Below, piece by piece: positions 11,533-23,200 of a stretch of DNA of 64,000 nt. The stretch spans positions 1,364,001 to 1,428,000 of the forward strand of contig ML978121.1 of the NCBI GenBank assembly GCA_010015805.1, read 5' to 3'. How positions within the stretch are numbered: position 1 is the stretch's first letter; each line of letters opens with the position of its first letter. This stretch comes from Rhizodiscina lignyota (Eukaryota). Made by a program: the position numbers and the translations under genes. The notes beneath the pieces are model-generated. The model worked only from the letters and a program-made list of their open reading frames with translations, searched no databases and was not told where the DNA came from.

Positions 11533-12504
11533 CCATGTCCGAAGCGGCGACTGAGAAAACGAGGAAAGGATTGGAGGCATAAATTCGGAGATGCTCGAAT
11601 GCTCCTGTTGGCAGCGGATAATGCAAGTGCTTGCGGAATATAGGCCCTGCTGGCCCAAATGGTATGGTAAAACGCTGTCGTCTGCGTCATTGGCAAGTTG
11701 TGAGGAAAAACAGGAAGATATACATTAGCAGCATCCCAAACTCGGAAGGTTGGTGTCTAAATGAACTCGTACCTTTGAAAAACAATGATGAAGCGCCGTA
11801 CCCACCAGAGTAATCGGAATCGAATGATACCCAACCCTCACCTTTCGGCTTGAGCTCAGTATGCTGCGTATTGCACTGAAGTATCACGGGCTGCCAAGCA
11901 GACACGCATACAATCTTCGCACCGGCTCCCATAGGGGTGCTCTAAACAGCTAGCAGCCTTGCGGCATGCTGAGCAGACAGAGTCCCTGAGTTTTCTGATG
12001 CCGAATGCAGGCGTGTGTCACGCTAGGCCCTCGCAGGCAGATGCCAGAGCTAGCCAACATCGTTGAGAGGTCGGAAGATAGCGGTAGAAGTGAAGATTAC
12101 TCCGAATTTCTCATTTGCATGTTGGAACAATAAGGCTGGAAGCAGACCAAACCAGTTGTTCTGTTTGTGAGCAAAGAAACGCAGCATTGGTGGGGACGGC
12201 GCTTGAGAAGAGAAAGAAAAAGAAGCACGAGAGCAGCACTATTTTGAGTATTCGAGCGTTTAGCGCCGGAAAACTCCGACGCAACAACGAACCTCTTGCC
12301 ATGCGCCACACATGCGTGTGGCGGTGTCTTCTTGGCAGCGGGTGGCTTTAAACATGCATATCCCACCTAAACTGACTATTCTTCTTACACTCACCTTCAA
12401 GCCAGCACCTAAACTCCCGGGTAATGCTGGCTCCGGAACGTGCCACCTGGTCTTAGTTCGACACTAACCCTTGTGGCGCTAGGAATAGGGGTGAGCTCTC
12501 TGAG

Positions 12505-12512
12505 TATAAATA
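12505..12512 (+). promoter_or_regulatory. TATA box upstream of U2 snRNA
   Basis: TATAAATA about 40 nt upstream of the U2 5' end, followed by a pyrimidine-rich tract. Confidence 0.55.
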
Positions 12513-12550
12513 CTTCCTACTTTTCTTGATATCCTCTTCTTCTTTTCTTT

Positions 12551-12741
12551 AGCTCTCTTTGCCTTTTGGCTTAGATCAAGTGTAGTATCTGTTCTTTTCA
12601 GGTTAATCTCTGAAACCAGACTACGGTCTGAACAAGATTACCCTAATATTTGGCACCGGGGGGGATTCCTCTAAGCTTAGCTTATGTTTCCTCCCACTGT
12701 GTCGCCAGTATTGTACTACCTCTGGCTGACGCGACCGATTC
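12551..12741 (+). ncRNA. U2: U2 spliceosomal snRNA (3' end approximate)
   Basis: AGCTCTCTTTGCCTTTTGGCTTAGATCAAGTGTAGTATCTGTTCTTTTCAG 5' region with branch-point recognition GTAGTA (12582-12587), stem IIa, stem IIb CAGAC-TACG-GTCTG, Sm-like site, stem III, and stem-loop IV with ATTGTACT loop. Confidence 0.95.
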
Positions 12742-13517
12742 TATCTTCATTAATACTTTCGCCTTGAGCGGGAGGTTGAGGAAGAGAGACCTTTTTAGCA
12801 TTCTTAACAGCAGCATTTGCTGGCAAATGATTTGTCTGCTCTGGGCTTTTCAGCTTGCGGCCACTATGATTCAAACACTTCAATTTGTATACCTGATGGG
12901 CCTCTTTGGCAATTGTTTCATTGCTTTCACTGGCAGAGTACTTCGCTTTGTGATACCCCAAGGTAAGTAAGTCCCAGGTCTTTTCATGGCGAGATCAACA
13001 TCATGAGGTGGACATGTCCTGATGATTCCATTTGGGGTTGCTCGCAACAGGAAAAACCAGCCGAAAATACGCACAGACCCTTGAATTTCTTTCACAGGAT
13101 TTGCCGCATGGACCCTGCTTCAGAGCCCCACATTAGATCGATACTCAGATCCACCACTCAGATTGACCAGATTGAAACCACGTCATTCTACAAATGGCAT
13201 TGTTTATGGCGTTTGGTTTACAAGAATTCGATTTTCCGCGTCCGTAGGCACTAGCCTCAGCCTCTCTCACCACCTCCCCTTTTATTTAAATTCACCCGTG
13301 TCTTCAGAGTACTGAGTGACACTGATTTTAGGAGCACTCATTTTTTACATCACACATATGAACCTCAAGGCATTAAGGCACCGACCGCAACGCATTGCAC
13401 CATCCAAGTCAATCGTTTTGATTCAGCTTGATTAACTGCTTACATTATCGCATATTACAATTTGCCTTATAGAGCACTCTCATGCTAATTCGTATAAACA
13501 GAAAGTCACTTCAAATA

Positions 13518-15233
13518 TCATATCTCCGCGCTCATTAAGCATAAAAGACCTTCCCTCTCCAACGCCGCAACATCGCCGCCTGCTTCCATGATCGCCCTCT
13601 TTGCAGCCTCGCTCAACTTTCTCCTCTTCTCAGCAGCCTCCTTCTCCCTCCTTGCCTTTGTCTTCGAACTCCCACTGGGCGCGACACCGGTCAGAATCTT
13701 GCGACTGTCGTCGGGCGTAAAGTTGACAAATCCGACCGAGACTGGTCGCTGGCCTCCTGCTTCCTTCGAGCCTGATTTGCGACGGTGGTGCTGGGATTGC
13801 GCGCGTCGATGTGCCTGGCGGACACGGGACGCTGTGCGCGTCTGACGCGTGGCAGGAGACGGCGAGGCTGAGGATGTGCGAGTCTTCTTCATAGGCGTCT
13901 GTTGTGTGCTTGGTGTGATCGGCGTCGACGCCAGAAACGTTGGGGGCGAAATCAATTGCGGAGAGGTGTAGGGTGTCGAATGCACGTTCGCTGTCGGCGA
14001 CTGCAGCAAGCTGTCCAGGGAAACCGTGTTGAGCTCGTACTGGTTCATCGCATTTTCCGGTGATAGATTGCCTGCATTGACGCCCTGAAGTCCAAGGCCA
14101 ATCAACGCGTCGTTGGCATTTTGCGCACTGTTCTGATAGGTCGGCGCACAAGGCTGCATAGGGCTAACTGGACTCCACCACGCTTCAGCCTTGCTACTCG
14201 GGAAGGATGGCGAGGCTGAATATGAATAGTCGAGGAAGTCTTGCGGCTCTGGATTCCATGCTGTCATAGGCAGCTTCTGCGATGGAGGTGGGGTAAGGGG
14301 CCCGATCCCAGCCTGATTCAGAGCGCTTGGTGCTAGAGATGATATGTGTGTCTGTGGAAACGATGAATGAATTGCGCCCGGAGAATTGAAGGTTGGAGAG
14401 CTCAAGGGAGTAATTTGAGCATGGGATTGCGGATTGAAAGTTCTGATTGGCGAGAGCGGTTCTTCGAAGGGACTTGTAAGTGGAGCGGAATCGAAGCCTT
14501 GAGCATTAGGCAGTGAATGGAAGCCATTTTGCTTGGGAATTTGAGGGAGACTGGTAGTCGGCGGAGGCGACGGAGGACCATCTATCAGGGCCAACTGCAA
14601 ATTCAATCTGTCTGCTGCAGCTTCAATCTTTTTCGCCCAGGCTCCTTGATAGCTCGTCCGATGAAGGCGAGGACTCAACATCTTTGGTGGTGAGGGGGTG
14701 TTCATCGGCTGAGCTTTTCGAATTGGACTTGTCGGACGGCGATATGGCCTGATTGGCAGCGCAAACCGTTTCTTTGTTGCGGAAATTGCCGCTAGAGGTG
14801 AGGGTGGTGGTGAGATAGAGGCGTCAGAGAGAGGTGAAGGTGCTGGGGCGAGACAGAAGCCATCCAGGCTAAGAGTATCTGGATCAAGAGCCGCAGCCTT
14901 GTCTGCACCTGTCGAAGCTTCGATTGTAGACAAGGCTGAGGATTTCTGGAGAAGTTTCAGGCTCCCCTGCCAAGAAGTACATGCATCGTGCTGCCTTGCA
15001 TCTAGGTCGGGGATCGGTGAACAGTCCACATTGTCACTTGCACCAGACGATGTGGCGAGGACAAAGAGGTTCGTCGAATCATCTGAGCTGTGTATGCCAT
15101 TGAGAAGGCTACTAGGCTCAAAGAGGTCGGACTCGACGTATTGCTCAAAGAGAGCATCGTATGCGTCATAGCACTCTTTTTCTTTGTTTGATGGCCGGAT
15201 AGAGTAGCTGCGGCGCTCTGGTAGAAGGTCCAT
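13518..15233 (-). CDS. wetA: Developmental regulator WetA, ~571 aa (start at MDLLPERR assumed)
   Basis: C-terminal ESC1/WetA domain VGFVNFTPDDSRKILTGVAPSGSSKTKARREKEAAEKRRKLSEAA; Pro/Ser-rich body; intronless. Confidence 0.92.
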   Translation of the reverse strand: MDLLPERRSYSIRPSNKEKECYDAYDALFEQYVESDLFEPSSLLNGIHSSDDSTNLFVLATSSGASDNVDCSPIPDLDARQHDACTSWQGSLKLLQKSSALSTIEASTGADKAAALDPDTLSLDGFCLAPAPSPLSDASISPPPSPLAAISATKKRFALPIRPYRRPTSPIRKAQPMNTPSPPKMLSPRLHRTSYQGAWAKKIEAAADRLNLQLALIDGPPSPPPTTSLPQIPKQNGFHSLPNAQGFDSAPLTSPFEEPLSPIRTFNPQSHAQITPLSSPTFNSPGAIHSSFPQTHISSLAPSALNQAGIGPLTPPPSQKLPMTAWNPEPQDFLDYSYSASPSFPSSKAEAWWSPVSPMQPCAPTYQNSAQNANDALIGLGLQGVNAGNLSPENAMNQYELNTVSLDSLLQSPTANVHSTPYTSPQLISPPTFLASTPITPSTQQTPMKKTRTSSASPSPATRQTRTASRVRQAHRRAQSQHHRRKSGSKEAGGQRPVSVGFVNFTPDDSRKILTGVAPSGSSKTKARREKEAAEKRRKLSEAAKRAIMEAGGDVAALEREGLLCLMSAEI

Positions 15234-15465
15234 GGTCGATACCCTCAATACCACAGGTAAGGAGCAATGCTGGGGGGCAAAGGCTGGGTCGGCTGTGCGA
15301 AGGGTGTAGCGGCTGGAAAGCACGTTGTGGATAGATCGGCAATGCAGGAAAAGAGGATAGATGCAGGTGTGAAGAACGGATAGCCAACTGTAAGTTACAT
15401 TGGCGATATATACCTTGCATGCTGAGCATGTAATGTATACCGTCCAGCCTTCGCATTTCCATACA

Positions 15466-16049
15466 CATTCCGTATAAAACAGAATCCATTGTGTGAGGAA
15501 TGCGACCAGATAAGCCATGAGAACAAGAACACTTTGCTTGATCTTCCTACGGCGCTTGATTCAGTACGTCAATCCACTTAGACTGTGGCTGATGGCCAGC
15601 CGTCGCGTTCCAACACTTTGGATTGTCCATTCCACTCGCAGCCATTGGAAATCTGATAGGTCCCAGCCACCGCTTGGAATGGGACAGTCTCCAGCCACGA
15701 CGGGGCATGCGCGTACTCTGACCAGTGAGATTGGAGCATTCACATTCCTCTACCAGCCGCGATCACGTCGCGATGTCACGTGAGCTCACGTGAGCCGTTG
15801 CGCAAGAGTACTACCATCCCAACGGAAAATAACGGAGATTAGCACAAAAGTACCGTTTTCTGACGGTAAGCAAATGGAGAACCTTTCGGTTTTTCACAAA
15901 AAGACTGCAGATGACGAACGGGTTTGAAATGGTAAATTGTACGAAGGAAAACGTCCCCACAACATCGAGGGCGCTGGTAAAGCAAGGGGACAATTATCCA
16001 ATGGAACTTCCACATAGAAACTGAAGTTCCGAACTCATTGATGGGAATG
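15466..16049. promoter_or_regulatory. Cluster of six AbaA-type response elements (CATTCC/GGAATG) upstream of wetA
   Basis: CATTCC at 15466, 15628, 15743; GGAATG at 15497, 15676, 16044. Confidence 0.65.
15776..15793. promoter_or_regulatory. Perfect 18-bp palindrome made of two E-boxes
   Basis: TCACGTGAGCTCACGTGA. Confidence 0.55.
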
Positions 16050-16978
16050 GGGGGAGTAGGTCAATGCTATAGTTCCATATACTGCACTGCCAGTTGCACG
16101 GCATTCGTGGAAATCTGGATCGTGTCAGGTAACGACGATGCAAATGAAAGGCAAATCGTCATATGGCCAACGAATTGGTCAAGGAAACGCAGCCTTCAAG
16201 CATCGCGATGTGTAGCTAGGTGATTGAAATTGTACTGGAGTGAAAATGATGACTTCGAAACCACAAAGAACTGACATGGCTGAAGTTGGCAGAAAGTGAG
16301 CTAGCCCGATTCAGAAAGAAGTATCCCAGCTGTTCCAGCGAGGGGTTCCCTCTTGACCTTGAATGGAAATCTAGATCTCCTCCTTCTGTCTCCCAGCAAT
16401 CCGCTCTTCCCAGGACAATCCGCCGCGTGCAACGATAGTACCAATACTTCGGTCTCGTTCCCGACCGAGCAGTCGTCCTTGATTAGCCCATTCGTATGCT
16501 GCACTCTGATTTGGAAATTTTGAGCGAAAGAGGCCCGTCGGTAAGACGGCAGGAATCAATCCTGCTGAACGAACCAATTCTTTGTGATGATATCGTAAAT
16601 CGACACAAATTTCTCTACCATCCCGATCTTTAGGCTCTCTGTTACTCGCGGTGCTTACGTCTTGACCGTCGGCGCTTCAAAGTCTCCGAAGTAAGCATCA
16701 GGGCTCCCAATTCTGGCCATCATGCGAAATACATACGAGTTTATGTGCATCTTGCACACGTGGACACCAATTAGGAGGCAATATGGATGCTATGACTGGA
16801 GTTGAGAGAATAACATTGGTGCCGTGGAGGTGCTCCGCTGCTCCGCGTACGTTCTGGCACATATATATTGTGCCAATTGCCTTTGTAAGACTTCGCTGAA
16901 GTTTGAGTTTCAAGAACTTTTTGGCCGGATTTGAAGTTGTTACCGCGCCGCATTTCGATCTATTGCAAGACAGCCGCC

Positions 16979-17734
16979 ATGCAGACAATCCTTCTATACT
17001 CGCATGCCTCTGGTCCGAATTCTTGGAAGCCAGTCCTTGTACTGGAGGAGCTCAAGCTCCCCTATGAGCTGAAACCTGTGGTATGGGGTGAGCTGAAGAA
17101 ACCAAGTTATACGGCAATCAATCCCAATGGCCGCGTTCCGTCGATGACAGACCCGAACACTGGCGTCACAGTATTTGAGGTATGGTTATGACCCGTAATT
17201 CTACTCTCGCAGTGCTAAGCTCTACGTGGACAGTCCGGTGCAATCATGGAGTATTTGATTGCAGAGTATGACAAGGACAATCTTCTCCATTACACCGGGT
17301 TGCCTGAGAAGTACGAGACACAATCCTGGCTACATTTCCAAATGTCTGGCCAGGGTCCATATTTTGGCCAACGTGCTTGGTTTCTCCACTTTCAGCCGGG
17401 CGAGAAGATTGTACCAGCCATCGAACGCTACGGCAATGAAGTGAAGCGCGTCCTTGGGGTGCTTGACAGTCACCTCTCGGGCGGCGCAGAAAAGAAGGGT
17501 GGGAGACAGTATCTGGTGGGCGACAAGTGTACGTATGCGGACCTCGCTTGGGTGCCATGGGATTGGGCTATCGAACAAGCCTTGTTCATCCCAAACGCGC
17601 CTGATAGTGTAACTCTGGATGTTGAGAAGGAGTTCCCCCACTTCGCGAAGTGGCATCAGAGGCTCGATCAGAGGCCAGCAGTTGTAAAAACCAAGGAATT
17701 GAAAGCAGCCGAGACGGCAAATAGCCAGCATTAG
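16979..17734 (+). CDS. Glutathione S-transferase, Ure2p-like class; exons 16979-17179, 17234-17734
   Basis: SGPNSWK...INPNGRVP...FE|SGAIMEYL, WLHFQMSGQGPYFGQ, YLVGDKCTYADL. Confidence 0.92.
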
Positions 17735-18074
17735 ACTCTTTGAGCATCACATTTACCAAAGATGAATTGCTGGTACTGATCTACGGATACTGGTGGCCAG
17801 GAGGCTGTTCCAACACCAGTATAATCTATAAGGTCACAAGATCTGCAAAAAGCCATATATGGATAGATAGCTACAGTATACTTACAAAAAATAAATATGT
17901 CCGAGTCTTGTCCTCGAACGATGGGAGCAATTTATCGTCACGTGCATCGTGATTGGTCCGTGCATTCAGAACCTTGAAATTTTGTACCTTTGGCTCTCTC
18001 ACACCTGTCAATCGATTCTCTCCGCAAGATATCTATTATCGCATTCAATTGTCGCTCCTTTCTCCGCCTTCACC

Positions 18075-19484
18075 ATGCCGCCACGATTACGTCCTCGAAA
18101 TGTAACATCATGTGCAGCCTCCTCCACTCCACAATTTCAATGCCTCTCGAGAACACGCGCCTCACAATCCACACTGTACTTTTCCCAATCCGCACATCGA
18201 GGTGCTAGAGATGACATGTCTCGCATGAAACCAATTCCGAGAGAAGTTAACGTGGGTTCGGAAGATCGTCAAAAGATGTTCGCCTGGCTTCAAGGACCCG
18301 GACGAGGACTCAGGCATCCCCTTAAAGGCTCGACGAATTACCTTGGCGCGTACAACGCACGGGGAGAACTAGTGCGGACAAAGGGGGACGCCCAAGGCAA
18401 ACGAACAAGCCTTGCGAAACCAGTTCGCGATGACTTGGACGAAGAAGACGAGTTGGAGGCAATTCGTGAGCGTGAGAAGGCGGATAATACGGAGAAAAGT
18501 GGAGGGAAGAAGGGGAACGAGCTACCTCCGGAACGCCCACAGGATTTGAGGCCATTTCCGCTGAATACATATTTCAAGAGCCAACCAATTTTGAGCGAGG
18601 ACTTGCGGGAGGAGATCTGGAGAAGAGTCCAGCAGGATGGTAGTAATATAAGGATTGTGAGCGCGGAGCTTGGAGTCAGTATAGAGCGGGTTGCTGCGGT
18701 GGTGAGGATGAAGGAGATTGAGAAGAGATGGGTCGCTGAGGTGAGTGAATGCTCTTCCATTTCCTACTGACTTCAATTTTTTGCATGATGATTCCAATTC
18801 AAAAATCGATTAGTCTTGAAGACATACACATGGTTACAAAATTTGCTTTGCGAGCCTCTCTGACCTTCCACATATATGAACGCTATATGAGCCGACTCTT
18901 ATGGACATACAAAGTGCTAACTCTGCGCTTCCGAACAGGGCAAACCGTTGGCAACACCATATTCTCGCGCCGTCCTTTCAATGCTCCCAACCACCCCCTT
19001 CAGTCCCGGCAGGCCTCCAATCGTTCACGAACCAATCAATGACCTACGTGTCCATCCCGATACAAAGCATCAAGTCTTCGTTCCAGTCTCAGAATCCCGC
19101 CATTTTACGCGCGAAGACGCAGGGAAAGCATTTAGTGCCGACCTCTTGTCTACGGAAAAGCGAATACCACATCCCGAACTCGTCGAGTTAGAAAAGGACA
19201 TAGTAAATGGTGTAGAGCCTAGGGAAAGAATTGCAAGGGCGAGAGAAAGAATGAGACAAGAGGAAGAGACCAGACAGAAGAGAGAAGAGGCACGGAAGAA
19301 GAGGATCGAAGAGTCGGTCAAGGTCTTCAATTCAGGCAATAGATTCATGTTCAGATTTGAGGAGTGCAATGCAGAAGCTGTAGGAAAGGATGGTAGAAGT
19401 CACAAGGGCGTTGGCTGGAGGTATGGAGTACCTCATGAGGATAGGAAAAAGGGCCAAGTCAAGATACCCAAGTATGTGCTATGA
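18075..19484 (+). CDS. MRPS35: Mitochondrial ribosomal protein mS45 (Mrps35/Bot1 family), ~403 aa; exons 18075-18740, 18939-19484
   Basis: Arg/Ser-rich presequence; RPFPLNTYFKSQPILSEDLREEIW...LGVSIERVAAVVRMKEIEKRW; C-terminal GWRYGVPHEDRKKGQVKIP. Confidence 0.85.
18781..18866 (+). ncRNA. Intronic box C/D snoRNA, probably dual-guide, targeting LSU rRNA
   Basis: Box C ATGATGA 18785-18791; guide TCGATTAGTC 18806-18815 plus D' TTGA; guide TGCGAGCCTC 18849-18858 plus box D CTGA 18860-18863; located in an unusually long 198-nt intron. Confidence 0.8.
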
Positions 19485-20295
19485 GCATATATTATTGCTG
19501 TACAATATTGTACCATATCATAGCGTTCTGTACACCATGATTAAGGCACCGAGTTCATTGGCGCAACCATATTTCATTGTCCGGGCGTCCACGGCTTCTG
19601 TGAGACAAGTCAGGCGTATGTCTTTGTTTTACAGCGCCTGCCAACCTTCGTCACCAGACTTTATCAGCCACTATGCCTTGGCAGTATGTAGAGCGGCTGT
19701 CTGCTAATTCTGCCCCCAAATTCCAACTCATGCGTTGCGCGGTCCTGCGAAATCAGCGTATTGCCGCCTGTCAAAAGTACGTGTCCAGAATACTAAGAGA
19801 CGTCTGAAAGGCGGCTAGTGTCGCATTCAATCTTGCTCGAGGTGGTACTTGTTGCGCTGCCTTTGAACTCGTCACTTGACTCCACTGCGGCGACGGGCAC
19901 AATGTCACTGCCTGGACATGTTCATGCTTGCGTCTGATCAGGCGCGGGCGAGGCTCCTGCTGCGGGGGACGTATGCGATTGGCCACACAGCCACCCCGAC
20001 AGGCTGGCTGAGTTCGATCATTGCTTGGCGTCGCGTACCACACCTCAGGGACCTCCTGCAGGCAGCAGAATTCCACTTCCATTTCAAAACTCTATCACAC
20101 GCCGCAGACTTGGAGGCTGCACTTTTTGGACCTTTCTCCTGCCTTCTGGACGCACTTTGATGGATATAGAAGCATCGCGAATCCTTTTGATCGACTCTGA
20201 AACTGCGCGCATTGGGATTTCGAGAGCGTAGAGGCTATTGGGGGGACGCGTCCTCAGGCAGCGACTTGAGGTTCCTGGAGACTGAGACAGGCAAC

Positions 20296-23200
20296 ATGTC
20301 GATTTCACTCAACCCCTTCCGCTTGACAAAGCTGTATTCGGACACCAAGGCTTCTGCGGACCATGCAGTCAACAGAGACACCAGCAAGGCCGGCGATGAC
20401 CCGTATTTACATGACCTGGACAGGAGATTTGCGATTCAGAAGGAGAGGCTCGTCACGTGGGGACTAGAATGGAGTGATGAATCTAAGCATTTCGGTACAA
20501 TCGACGAGAGCTTTGCCAGAGCAGGATTGACCGAGAATGTTTCGAACGTCATGCGTAACATTGCAGCAACTATCACCGAAGCGGCCCATCTGGGGGAGAG
20601 GAATCCAGCCGCAACAATGTCTACGAAAGGCGAGGTCTCGAAGATGGCTGGATCCTGGCCCGCGACGGAGGAGCCAAGGAGACCACTGGATCCTGAAGGC
20701 AAGAAGAGATTCGAAGAGCTCTGCAAAGACTTGACAATGAGCATCGATACTCTGTACGATCTATCAAGAGCCAGGAGAGCAATGGTACAAGGCACCTATC
20801 CGCAATCGGCAGGCAACCTCAGTGCTACTAACTTGATCACTCCGGAGAAAATGACACTCCCACCGCCATTGTCCAAGGCTGTATTCTCAACGAGATCATA
20901 CAGCTCGTCTGGAGAGACGCTTGTGACTCCGACAAGGACCTCAACGGAGAAGACGGTCGCAGTTACTGATTTGCCGCAACCAATTGATCCGGCGGACTTG
21001 GTGTTGCCTCAGGAGCCACCGCCTTCATATGGGTCTTCTGGGAACCATTCCATACGCATGATTGGCCATTTGAAGCGGTCTGTGCCGACGAGTAGCTACT
21101 TCGCGAGCGCTGGCCAACGACGGGATATGGAGCCTGTAATGGTAGAATACTCTGCCTTCGACTCAGCATATCGTGATACGGGTGAGTTAATTCTTGACCC
21201 AAAAACTGTTTGTATTCCTGCTGACCCGTTTCACGTCATAAGGCGTTCATGTTCCGCCGACAGAGAAGCTGGATCAATTACTCGCTTATTTTGCAAAGTG
21301 CAATGCCCTCCCCGATCCAAGTATTAGCGGAACGCTGAACTGCCTCGGTTACTTCGATGACCTGGCCCACTCGCGGTATGGAATGGTCTATGAGCTACCT
21401 CGCTCGATTCGCTCCGGCATCTCAGACACCAGTAGGCCTAGGGACCTTAGGCCAACGAGCTTGCTCAGTTTGCTCCAGGCAACTTCGAAAACAGCGAGTC
21501 TAAGCAGCGGAAAGCCGTTCACGAACTCGATACCACCGCTCGAAGAGAGATTCAGAATGGCGCAGAGTATTGTGCGTTCTTTCAGCAAGCTGCATGAAGA
21601 CAATATTCTTCATCGGGATGTCAGCAGTAACAACATCATCCTTTTCACTAGAGCGCCAAAGAGCCCGACCTCCGGGCAAGAAGCCACGATGACGGAGAAA
21701 TATGATCTTCAGTCTCCGTACCTGTGTGCTTTTGACCTATTTTCAGAGTACAGAATTGCAGCAGAATCCGGTAATCGTTCGCAAGGAAATGTCAACATCT
21801 ACCAACACCCGGATGCGGTGCCTCATAGCAAGCAGTACAAGCAGGAATTCGACATGTACAGCCTGGGCCTGATCCTTCTGGAAATCGGGATGTGGCTTCC
21901 GATTTCAGACTTATTCAAACAGAAATACAGCCTCAAGGACTTCAGAAATAGAGTCGAGACGGTTTGGGTTCGAAAGCTGGCCGGCAAAGTTGGAACAGTA
22001 TACATGCAGGTCGTAAAGGACTGCTTGAGTGCGGCATCGCAAAGATTGACCGGATCAAGCAGCAAGGCCATGCTCTCTCAGATATACGCCAGGATACTCG
22101 GAAGACTCAGACGCTGCTGTCTTCTGGACGAGAGTGAACCGATCGAGACTCCAATATCCGATTCCATGCAGAACTCAGCTGCTCTGGAAGCCATGGTAAA
22201 GCAGGGTACAGGCATACCAATGGATAGCATCCAAAGAATCAGTCAATGGACTGGCGAGACTCCCCTGTTCGCGGAACCAGGCGTCACCGTAGAGTCGATG
22301 CAAGTGCCCACCTTGAATCTTGGCCTAATCTCCGAGCCCTTGGTATCAAAGTTTGATGGCAGCGGTGCTAGCAGACAAAGCAGTGTTACTTTCACAGACC
22401 AGCCAGGCCATCAACCGCACACTCTCCCTGTGCAAATTCCAGAAGGCGATGAAGATACATTGTCAAGAAGGGGCTCCCGAGCAAGCACGTCACCCCGCTT
22501 CAGCTTTGGGTTCGGCAGTCCTAAGCTTAGAAACGATGCCGACGATATTTCAATTAACTCAGTAGCAAGTAAATACAAGTCTGCTGCGAACACCATTCAA
22601 CGAGCTTGGAGGAACAGACGAGAAACTCCGAGCTTCAAAGAATTCAAGCGCAGAGTCACTGTTATCCAACAGGTCTGGCGCAAACGACGCAATAGCAGAC
22701 ACAACTCTACCTCTGGCAGTACGCTCAGCGAGACTGGGCAATCAAGCTACTATACCTCGACCGACATCTTGGCTTCACAGATCTACGATCAGCGCATACC
22801 AGGCGAGACGACGATCCGCATCACACCACAACCTCAAAAGCGCAAACTCCGCATTCAGCCTGTCAAGCTGCCTGCAGCGCAACTTGACGAATGGCACACT
22901 CAGCTCCTGCCTCGTCTTGAGAAGATTGTGAATCGCGCGCTAAGAGATTCGCCCGAAAGTGTCACGATGGATCTCCTTTGTGTTGGCGAGACTCTTGCAA
23001 AGGCAAAGCCGACCATATTCGTTACATGTTCGAGCACCTCTCGAGTCAAGAGTGCATTAACAAAGCGCTTCGTCTACAACACCGATGCATATGATCTAAA
23101 AGTTCGCCGAGGCAAGCTCCGCCGATCAAAGAGTGCCCGATCCGACGTTTTCCGGAGAGCGCCGGTAGCACACCGAAGCATGGCAAATGGCGAGATCATA

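Noticed and set aside
12650..13254. ORFs and an apparent GTAAGT...CAG intron downstream of U2
   Set aside because: The first ORF overlaps the U2 gene, no recognisable product, and no complete C/D box pair
15234..15518. 95-codon N-terminal extension of the wetA ORF
   Set aside because: Composition is unlike the rest of the protein and it overlaps the AbaA-type sites; more likely 5' UTR or promoter
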